From assembly GCA_002633005.1 (NCBI GenBank), contig NMRA01000770.1, forward strand, positions 1 to 64,000: DNA of 64,000 nucleotides. Direction: 5' to 3'. Under the pieces are notes generated by a model. That model saw only the letters and a program-made list of their open reading frames with translations, was not told the origin of the DNA and searched no databases. This document shows, one piece after another, positions 11,501 through 23,500 of this stretch. Source of the stretch: Phoronis australis. Lineage: Eukaryota; Animalia; Phoronida. The translations under genes were made by a program, and so were the position numbers. How positions within the stretch are numbered: the stretch's first letter is position 1; every line of letters begins with the position of its first letter.

Positions 11501-14500
11501 CTTATGAGATCCACTGGCATGGCTTCTCAAAATAATAGCCTCACGGAACATGCTTCCACACTCATACCAACTTTAGAAAAAAGCGATTCCTAATTCCTGA
11601 GCCCATAATGCTTAATTGTCGTGAGAGACCGTCCGGAGTTGGTACATGGTGCAACTCCGGACGGTCTGGGGTCAACAGAAAACCACAGTTCAACTGTGAG
11701 TCTACACCAATGTGATAAACGAGAGTAGTTCTACTTGCTGCGTCAGCTGCTGGTATGCTTATCTGTTTTATGACACACAATGTGTGACTGGGCAAAGCGT
11801 TTTCAAAATAATGTGGATAAATCAGTGGAGTGTGAGACCCCTGAGGTCCCCGTCAAGTCCTCACGGCAATTTTACGTTATGCTACGTATGTCTAATTGCC
11901 GTGACATTCCATCAAGTTCTTATTAGAACTATTTCCATCTCATTATGACACCAGAAGCCAGTAAAGTTTTACTTTCGACTTTCATTTCAGAATTTTCAGA
12001 ATGGGTTTTAAAAATATTTTAATTGTTTTTACATGTTAGAAGATGGCATCACGCCGCTGATTCATTGACGGTTATTACAGCTTTGTAACTGATAGTACAG
12101 TGACTCTGATTGGACCACTACAGTTTTGGCTCTCCGTTATTTACTTATCTTTGTTTTTGAAACGATGAAATGAAAAATCTTGCACTGCCACATCTTGCTG
12201 GCTGGGAGGGCAGACGTCAGTTTGATTGACAGCCCATTGCGCTTGTCATACTACCTCTCAATCTTTCCCTAAAAAGTTCAATTAGACATTCACGACATAG
12301 ATGTTGTGTGACACACTTTTTTGTTGATAACTTGCCTGCCAGAACACCTAGGACATAGACCAACAGGACACGCCACCAGTGGTGCACCATCTCCAGGGGG
12401 ATGCCAAGCAGCAACTGGAACAGCATGTTGGCGATGAGGTGAACATATCTGAAATAGGAATATCTTGTGAGCATAATTTGAAACCTGTTTTTTGCACTTC
12501 TAGGTACATATCATAAAAATCTGAAATAATGTAAGCAGCTGATATTCAATAACAAGGCCGTGTATATTAGAATATAAAGCCAGGAAATTATATTTGAGAG
12601 AACTACATTTTTAAAGTTTCCCAGAAAATATACGAGTTCCACTAAAAGACCATGGAATATGGTCACTAACAGGGGTCCAGAATTTTGAGAACCATTTGAA
12701 GCCCGTTATTCAGCGGAGAAAACTGGTTCCCAAAACGCGGGCCCCTGTACGCGACTAATACTAAACTGTGTCCTCCATTTTGAAAATTAGAAGTTGTCAT
12801 CCATTATCATGTACATAGAAATACAGGTGACAAATTCAACAAAGATCCAGTGAAGGGAATAGCAGATACAGGACAACTTGATGTCAGAAAAATTCACAAG
12901 AGGTTTTGAAGATCGATGCAACAATGGACGCCAGAGAAACAGGGCGATGGCATAATGCGCCCACATAAATGCATGTGGGCATATAAAAATAAGATAAATA
13001 TTTTACAAAATATCCATCTGACTCATACCAAAGCAGAACAAGAAATGTCGAACTCAAGTGCAGCCCTGTTCCGAACTCATTCTATGTGAATGAAACATGT
13101 AGCTCTGTTCAGAACTCATCCTCAGTCAATGAGCACGTAACTCGTTTCAGAACTCGCCCTAAGTGAATGAACATGTAGCTCTGTTCAGAACTCACCCGAC
13201 GTGAATGAACATGTAGCTCTGATCAGAACTCACCCTAACTGAATGAACATGTAGCTCTGTTCAGAACTCACCCAACATGAATGAACATGTAGCTCTGTTC
13301 AGAACTCACCCTACGTGAATGAACATGTAGCTCTGATCAGAACTCACCCTACGTGAATGAACATGTAGGTGATGAAGCGCCATGCCTCCCATCTTCTCTT
13401 GGGGTTGAAGATAAGAGGGCTGTAGGGAGGGAAGCCATTGTCTGCCGTCACGGCATAAGCTGTACCTTGTAGCTCTACCGCATACACGATGAATATAATG
13501 AGCTGCAAAAGACATTAGTCGGTAAGTGTTTAAGTAGATGTATGAAAGGCACTTATGGTAAAGTTTCCTTAAACTAGAATAAAAATATGACCAAAAAAAT
13601 TGTCAGCTTATATTTTTCAAATGTTCTCTAGATTGCCAAAAAAGTTCTACTTCAAGAATGTTACGTAGCATTACTGGAATTTTCGAGAAATTTTACCAAA
13701 TTTGCCTCAGATTTTACTAATAACAATTATTGGTGGTTGTGCTTTCTTGAATACTACTCAAAAAGTAAAAGTTACCAGACTTTGAGTGCTTCTCTTTGGT
13801 TGCATTTTAATGGTCTCCAAATCACCCCAGAAATTACTCAGTCTGATTATTTTTTTAATTCTGATGTGATTTAAGAGATAATTAGTCAGCTGGTCGCAGG
13901 CCTTAACGTTAGATAAAACAACTGATTAGGGAATAAGTAATCATGATAATGCAGTTTTTCAATGAAATTATAAAATTTTTAATGCAGGAAGCCTGGTGTT
14001 TAGCAACATTGCAAGCGAGACCGGCATTGGAGACCCTGCGTTAGTTAATAGCCAAAATTTTGTTCTTTTGAAAAACTACACAAAGGCGATCAAGTTTGAA
14101 ATGTTATCATTTGCATTTTGAATAAAAAATCCCGCATCATTCTTGCTCGTCTGAGGGGGATTTTCTTTTTGAAAAATTGAGCAACTGAGAAATAACAAAC
14201 CGCAGACTTTACTAAAAAACAGAGACTAGAACCAATCTGCACTGCACTAATGATAAAGGAAGGATTTACTGCAGCACTCATCAGTGTGTTGTCACTACAA
14301 CAGACCGTCTGAGCCACAGTAGTTATAACTATACACTAAAGTCACTAACTTTGAACTTATACTAATTACTTACTAACATTTACTAATAACTAACTAGCTT
14401 TTACTAATTACTAACTAACTTTTACTAATTACTAAACTAAATTTTACTAATTACTAAACTAACTTTTACTAATTACTAAACTAACTTTTACTAATTACTA

Positions 14501-17500
14501 AACTAACTTTTACTAATTACAAAACTAAATTTTACTAATTACTAACTAACCTCAACTAGACTAATGAAAATAATAAAGAGAGGAGGTGGCTTGCAGCTGT
14601 ACTCGTCTATGTACTGTATGTCGTCACCACGTTTGACTACCGTCCGCACAGCACCCAACACAAACTTCTGGAAGCGGGACAGTTCTTTAAGATCCAACTG
14701 GTCTCTTTCACTCATCACCTGGCGAGAAAGCAAATAGCAATTATATTGACACTGACCACCGTCATCCCTTCACGGTTGAGGTGCACCACCAATGGCATTA
14801 TGATACACTAATAAACAATTTTTTTCGCAGAGCTGGGGCAGTGGCTTTGTCTACTGGAATACGAGCATACTGGAATGTATTAACTCACTGTTATTATATG
14901 ACTTGGACAAATGNACGTAGATCTAAACCCACCAGCAGTGAATATTTCAAAGTCAATAATTCCCAATATTGACAACTCATATCTTCATATTGTAATGCCG
15001 CTCTAATTCCTCCTTTAAAAACTTCATTGAGATGTTATTGTGATTTGATGAAGGGATCTTCTTGTTCTCAAGTCACTACTTTACCACACCGCCCCCTGCC
15101 CGTTACCGAACTCGAATGTCTTCTATGAAAGCATTTTTTGTTTTTAAACAACCATCAGATATAAACCACGCGGTGAAGGCTATCCGCCATCAAGTTTCCT
15201 ACATCAGGTCATTGAACAAAAATTCCGCTGTCAAAGACATAACCAGGTAATTTAATTTAATTTAAATGTTCACTCACTTTCACTACACATCATTTGTGGG
15301 ACCATAGAATGTGCACAGTCTTTATACGCTGTCACACAGCTTGCAATCACATTGAAATAACCAAATTGAAATAACCAAATTGAAATAGCCAAATTGAAAT
15401 AACCAAATTGAAATAGCCAAACTGAAATAACCAAATTGAAATAACCAAATTGAAATAGCCAAATTGAAATAACCAAATTGAAATAGCCAAATTGAAATAA
15501 CCAAATTGAAATAACCAAATTGAAATAACCAAATTGAAATAGCCAAATTGAAATAGCCAAATTGAAATAACCAAATTGAAATAGCCAAACTGAAATAACC
15601 AAATTGAAATAACCAAATGATGTCGATTACAAGGCATTTTAAAAACGACCCTTGTGTGTGTGGAAACCTGATATTTCACAATCTGTTTCCTTTGTCTATT
15701 CCTAGCATCTCCAGAAAATTTCCATAACCTTTTGGGTAAAGCACAGTTATCTGACTGACTAAACGAGTGACTGATTGAAAGCCCAAAAAACTTAACATTA
15801 ACCTCTCTTCATGAATTACTACCTAGCGGATGTCATCATAGGCTCAATCATTATCAAATTTTGTGGTCTGAAAATCAACATGTTGACCTCGGTGAAAGCA
15901 CTAAATTGAATACAATCCCACTTTCCTGAACCTTGCAAATTCGGTTACCACAATGGCCTGTTACTAGGGGACAGGGCGCAGTACATGACCCACTGATTGG
16001 GTACAGTGTTCAGGTAAGCGGCTTTTTAGAGGTTTAACCTTTCACTATGTTATTAGGTAACTTTTGCAAAGCAAGCTATTTTCTGGTGATAACTTCGTAG
16101 GTCAGCAAACAACGTCAACTGCAGTACAAGACAAAAGGGTAATGGTCGGATATAACGTGTAAAATTTTGAGAATGTCCAGTTTTGTCCACTGAATAACTG
16201 GTATCAAACTGGTTCTCAAAATACGGGCACGTTATATCAGACAAAAGTAATCGCACTAAATATCGTTTTCCCACCTGAACCATCATGACGATCAATTCCA
16301 TTATCAGCAAAAATGACTGGTAATAACTATTAGTTAGGCAAAATTCTAATTACAAAATGGCTTCACCACCGTAGGAAATTTCCCCAGGCTGTTAATTTCC
16401 CCCATCATTCTGGGTCATGAGGGAAGACTGCTCTGCTGATAGATTTAGCTTCCGCCCAGCCATCATGACAGGGAATTCTGGGTAATTTTCACTGAATATT
16501 TTTGGTTTGTGCTCTACAAAAACCACATCGCATAAGGCCACTGTCTACCTTCGTTACTGAGGGCCACGTTTCTTTTAACAGATTTTGAATTGTTGATTGT
16601 CCAAATGTAAAACCATGCATTTTTAAAATCCTCGGTGATAAAGGAAGTCGATAATGTAATCATGTGATTTTTTTTCGTAAAAATTACGATTTTCTGTGGA
16701 GAACACCATAACTTCCACAGGTCTCATTTTTTCCTCAGAGGGTAGCAAATTTTGTTTATTTGGTCAACTAGCGACAAAACAGTGTCTGGGATAAACGAGA
16801 TCGCCACGTAATACTAGGTGAGGCCTACACCTCACTTTATACAATTTGTTCAAAACCATTCAAAGTTTGTCGGAAATGAACAACCATTACATTGTCAATA
16901 CAGTGAATAATGAACACTTTTGGCAAAATTATGAAATTCGCTTGCAGAGAGAAGTCAAACAATAGTCGGAATTTAACAAAACCCTTCTCAATCATTGCAA
17001 AAATAATGTGCAAGAGAGATTGGACCAAGGTGGCGCCATCTGTTGGGATTAACAAAATTGATACCCTTGATTTTTACGAATCAAAGTTTAACTTTAAAAT
17101 TTTTGATGGTGGGCACTGTCATCACATTTGAATGGGACTGAGCCGCCTCTCTTTATTGAATAATTCACAGCAAAAAGTCCAAACCAGAAAGAGGACTGCA
17201 GATGGTGCCACCTTGGGATAGAGCTTTAATTATGCGATGCGACGCACTGCATGCACTCTTTAACTTAAAAAAAATTCAGATAATCCATCTTGATTCTAAT
17301 ACACTATGAATGCTCCACACTCTCAATGAACAGATTGCCCATTAGTTTGTGAAATAAGTATACAGACTTTATAAATGGCTTACCAGAGCACCAAGGTTAT
17401 GACCAGTAAAAACATGTAGTCAATACGTCCATTGGGACGCAAGGCATCAGAGAACAAGAGCAACACAAAATGTCGATATGAACTACAGTGCACTACAAAT

Positions 17501-20500
17501 GGACTGTTTCTAGGCGTTCTAAACAGTTTCATGTAGACGAGTTCCGCCTAAGAAACTTGACTTTTCATTTACATAGCTTAGGAAACAGAATTGGTTCCAA
17601 ATTATTCGCCACTAAGATGAGTACCATTGTGATCTGGTGACAGGTAACAGAATTGATAGTTTGGTATTGCCTGAGACCATGTGTGGCGAATAAAATGACA
17701 CGTAGAGACAAGTCAACTTGTAGAGCCTGGCCTCCAGCGATAACGAAATATTTTAATTTGCCAACAATTTGAGATCAATTACAAAATGGTAAGTGGTCAG
17801 TAAATGAATAGTTGACTTTTGTGACAGAAGCCATTTTTTTGCCACTGAAAGCAAGGTTAACCACACTCTAACAAAGAAATGTGATTGGCTGAAGATGGGG
17901 CTAACAAAGAAATGCGATTGGCTGAAGGAGACGCAAACAAAGAAATGTGATTGGCTGAAGATGACGCAAACAAAGAAATGTGATTGGCTGAAAATTTACC
18001 AGGGTCCTGAACTCTTGGTTTGTGATGTTGTCGTCATTATCATGACGTTAACAAAGAAATGTGATTGGCTGAAAATTTACCAGAGTCCTGATGTCTTGGT
18101 TTGTGATGTTGTCATTGTCATGCCACTAACAAAGAAATGTGATTGGCTGAAAATTTACCAGGGTCCTGAATTCTTGGTACGTGATGTAGCCGTCATTATC
18201 CCGGTCGTATTTCTTGACTATTCTGCTCCTTTTGTTCTCGGGTATCCTGTCCATAACCTCCGCGCTGTTTAATCTCTGGATCACATCTCGTATTGGAAGG
18301 CCTCGTTTATCCTCCGCTTCATATTGCTCAAAGGCTGGTTGGAAATTCTACAAAAAGGAATGAAACCGAAACTGCAAACAAAGGTACAAACTGTAATACT
18401 CTATCTGCTTCATAGTTCTAGCAAACAAAATCATAAAAATGCAAACCAATGTCATAATGCACATTGGTCGAGATGGAACCTTACGGATTTCAGAGGCTAT
18501 TACCTCAACACTGTTATTGCTGATTTGGGTACTAGGGTATTCCATCAAAAGAGCAAAAACTGGAAAAAAAACTCTTACCTCCCTAAGTCAGACTGTTAGT
18601 GATGTTACACCAAACTGGACAAAAAAGTAAAATCGCATGCCTCCAAAGAAAGACTTGTGGTTTGGTTATGAAATTCAAACTTCCTTGCCTATACATCAAA
18701 TATTATAATGAGCTGTCGAACTGACGTAAAAATTTTGAAGATTGGCAAATGTTTGCAGAGCATTAATTTGTTTCATTTTAACTACTAAGCCACACTTAAA
18801 TACTACAAAACACATCCTTTTGGAACTTAACGTGGAACATTGGGATATGTGACCACTAAAGATTATATAACAATCTCCACATTGACTCATGAACCTGCAA
18901 TATCCATGGTACAGCTCAACAGTATTCAGACAAAATTACCCAGAATTCCCCATCGTAGTGGCTTTGCGGAAGATGAATTCATTGTCAAAGAAGGCTTCTC
19001 TCTCATGACCGAATATGAAGCATAATTAAAAGGCGGATAAGCCATTTTGTAATTGAAAGTTTGCACCAGTAATATTTGCTGTAAATAGAATAAGCAGTCA
19101 TAACAGAAAAACTAAATTTTCTGAAAACTTTTGTCTTGTTCTGTAAAAAAGCTGCCTTCAATCACAAAAACCAACTTTCAATTTAGGTCACTTTCAGTTA
19201 TAAAATATGCTCCAAATTGTTCCCTAGGGGATGATTTGAGGGGTTTGTATAAAATTACAGTTCGTTATTGCCCGAGACCAGGCTTTAAAAGTAGACCTGT
19301 AATGACCAACATTTGAAGCACCCAATAATTTGAATTGTAATGACGAAACATTTGAACCGATGAGTATAATCTCAATGAATAACGAACTGCCAGTTCTTTG
19401 GGTAAGCAGAAACCACTTCTCAACTGAATATGGAACAACTGAAGATCAATTTAACACCGATAAGCAGTAACAGCATATCCTATATCAAAAGCTCGCTTCT
19501 TGCATAGAATTTGGATTTACAACTGCTTATGAGCTCTAAATTGGCACTTTACTCTCCTTTCTCTAAAACCAACTCTGGAATATTTAGCAAAATGCTTTTC
19601 TAGAAAGAATACTCTCTCCAGATAATGGACAAAAGGGAAACGACAGCCCAGCCTAAAAAAAGGTTAAAATCACAAGTTGGTGTTGAGAGCAGATTAACAA
19701 GCTCAGGTAAACATTGTCAAAATCAACATTTGATATGTTACACACATGTACAGTACTAGAGATAACACCTGAGTCAACAACTGAAAATGGCAATGCCGGG
19801 TTACAGAAACAAGGAAAGTAGATCAGATCTTGGTGACCGGTAATTCTTCTTTATATTTTACTTAATGCACTGTAGAAATCCAGGGTAAGATGCATCTTCA
19901 CATTGCAACAAAGCAAATGCTAAAACTGCCGTGTTTAAATTTTTCCATCAAAGGCTTTCCACGCTGTTGCAAATGCTTAAAATTTTAAATAATGTGGTTT
20001 GGTAATAGCTACGTCACACAAACCCCCACAATTTGAAAGCAAATTAAATTTTCCAGAAAAGTTAAATTTATTGAGAAATTTGACAAAATGAAATTTGACA
20101 TGCTTGCCACATCATGTCCAAAGCTGAAGAATTTTTACCCACAATGCCAAAATTGTCCTTCTTCTATTTTTGGAGGCTGATTACTTTACTTAAAGAAACC
20201 AAACATTTGCTCAATGATGTTGAACTACCGGTACATACACACAGCCTTAACTATTAAGCTAGCTAGACAAGAAGTATTGTAATCTTTATTTTTGTTGAGA
20301 AATATGACAAAGAAAAATTCCACATGAATGCCATATATCATGTGCTAAGTACTGAAGAATTACTGAAAAAATTCATGTGGCTCAAACCACACGTCAACAA
20401 ATAACCCTTCACGCCATGATTAGTGCACACATTTGTATCACATCATAAGATTAAGGAAAACCCAGGTTAGACAATGGACCTGACAAAATAACTGATGCAA

Positions 20501-23500
20501 GGAAATTCCATTGATCATAAACTGCAATGGTCAAATTTGTATAATATCAGAAGATTAAAAATAAATAGGTTCTGGGTTCTTCAATTTACCTTAATCACTG
20601 TGACAGCAGAATTTTTTTTCAAACTTCAGAACTATGTTCCAATATAGGTTGCTCTGGTCTGGGAAAACCCACTTTAGACAATGGATCTTACAAAACAACT
20701 GATTCAAGGAAATTCCACCTATCATAAACTGTCGGTCAAACCATTAGTGTACAAAATAAATTAGATGTGGACACATGTTGGACACATATTGGGTTTCATT
20801 TCATAACTGTTTCCAATAAGGGGAAATTATTACATTCTTGTGAAGAGCAGTTTGTAAGACAGATACTGAGGACAACATGGTCAGCGCTCCGATCGTATCT
20901 ATAAAAGTCTTCAACACATTCACATGAGTTAAATTTCATGTTCTCACCACAAAAAGGAATGCAAGGAGACAACAGAGAGTTAGAGGAACAACTTCAACTG
21001 TCCTTTTAACTCAAATTTTGTGAAGTGCAGTTTGCAAGACAGCCGAGGATGACCTGGTCAGTGCATAAACATTGAGGTCTATTACAGAACTCAACACATT
21101 CACAACACATTAACTCCCTGAGTTTAACTTCATGATCTCATTGTAAAAGGGCATGGCATATGCGGATCCAGGGGGTCATGGGGTCTGAGCTCCCCTTTTC
21201 TCGATTTTAGTGATATCAAACCTAGAATTTCCAAATTGTTGACTACCACCCCATTGTTTTAAGGCAACCAAATGAATGATGATAAAACCTCGTTGTTTAC
21301 ATGAAACCGGAAGTACAGTATTTATTTGCTGCGGGATTGACGTCAATACAAAATGGCGACTGCCATTGGCTAATAAAATCAAAAATACGAAAACTAAAAT
21401 ATATCAATAATAATATAACACCCCTTTTTACAAAATCCTTGATCCGACCCCCTTTTAAAAAAATCCTGGATCCGCCCTTGCAAGGAGACAACAGAGAGTC
21501 ACAGAAGCAACTTAACATTCCTTCAACTCAATACAACACAGTACTTCACAACTATCACGTCAAAGGAAAAAAAGCTTTTTTTAATGCAGAGGTGTCAGCC
21601 AATTTCAATCTACAGAGTGTAACTTCAGACAACATGCTGAGTTAGATGATGAATCATTAACAATGATCAGTTTCATGTTGTGAATGAACAGGATGAACAC
21701 AAGCATGTTAAGATACGCTGTTTAGGTCAGAAAACCAATCAATATTTTTTCAAGTCATTTAACTCGCTCTGACAAAATGCTTCAAAAATTGAGATACAGA
21801 CGGGATGTCTATAAAATGAAATGAGAGATACAGACGGGATGTCTATAAAATGAAATGAAATGCAGCGTAAGCTTGCTGCTCCGTCCGAGAATTATATCAC
21901 GTCACTGCATGGTTGGCTTACTCAATTTGTGAATGGACTTACAACACCAGTTGATGCGATTCCGACAAAGTGCGGAACAATACCTGTTGAGAATTTGCCG
22001 AGATTTTGCCTGAATTGAAACATTTCTGAGCCGAAAAAAATGGATTAAATTAAAATTACTGGCAGTTTTGCACATCACACCTTTATCAAATTGAGATCTT
22101 GTCCATTTTATTTAGAAAATTACAGTACCCAAAAGAGAGGGATAGAATATGAATTTGGAGGTTTCATTTACAACGCTGCTATTATTTTTCAAATGCATTA
22201 TGGGACAGCTATAATCGTGGTGACACCTTTGTACATCAAAACTTCGTCAAATTTCAATCTTGTCCAGTACATTTTGAAAACTATCCAAAAGAGAGTTAGG
22301 ATATAAAATTGTGGGTTTCATTTTCAGCTCTACCAATATTTTTCCAATGCACTGTGGGACAGTTATCGGTAGTGATATCAGATATAACTTAGTGACGTGT
22401 AAACAACACATACCAAAATTGTATGTACCAGTATATACCATTGTATGTATGCTTATGGTGTGAGTATGACTAAGCAACCATCATGGGAAAAATAACATTG
22501 AAAATGAGCCTCAAAATGCATTGAAAAAGTAGTCCTTTGCACCCCACCTGATCACGCTAAAGTCAAATATAACCACCTAAAACACAAATTATCTGTGATG
22601 TCACTGGACGTTCATGTCTTCACGACCCCACAATTGTCCCACAATGCATTTGAAAAACAATAGCAGCACCATAGATTAAATCCCCTAAATTGGTAGTTCT
22701 TCTCAATTATAAGGTGCCTAGATTTGTTCCAGAGACCCTGGGCATTTCCTGATAAAACCCTACGCTCCAAGGGGTACTGTCATTGACTGCGTATTTCAAG
22801 ACGACGATCGCCGCCTGGGACATAACGCAATGTTTTTGCTATGCATCTGGCTTCATGATGGTTAGTGGTCAACTGACTTCAATTATTGATTTTTGTGTGC
22901 ACCTAGAAATAGGTACCTAATATATCAGCCAATCAACGTTGGCAATGACACTTGTATGTGTGTGAATGTAAGGTTTAAAGAACTGCTACAGAATAACCCT
23001 TTTAATTTAAAATACATTTAAAACCCAGTGAGCTCCAATGACTGGGCCTCTCCAGTTCACAGCTTCTGCAACTACACTTGATGCAAAAATAGATTAGTTA
23101 AGAAGATTCAATGTAAATTTCATTGATTGTCATTTAACTTCAGATTAAACACCTAAAGTCATTCAAAATTAATGAAACCTCAAGCAAGAACTAGACTTAA
23201 TACAGTTATGTTTACAAAGACTCTCTAGTCAATTAGGTTTTGGTTAATTCTATGACAGAAACTATAACTTAAACATTGAGAGAAATGGATACAAACACAT
23301 CACAACATGGAAACATGATTAAGATTTTGTGCTGGAAAAGCCAGATGGGAATTTCTATGAATCACCAAAAATATGGCGAACCCTTCTGATGTCTGAAATA
23401 AACAATAAGATATATAACAACCAAAGCTATTGCCAATCACAACAATGTCAAACAACTGAAATAAAACTCTTTGGGTAGTCTCACTACTAGTCTGTACATT

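Noticed and set aside
15270-15679. Hydrophobic repeat ORFs (ISIWLFQFGYFNL) in three frames
   Set aside because: By-product of a 15-bp minisatellite inside a rhomboid intron.
17895-18272. Plus-strand repetitive ORF (TKKCDWLK)n
   Set aside because: Antisense reading of the EF-hand exon and its donor-anchored repeat.
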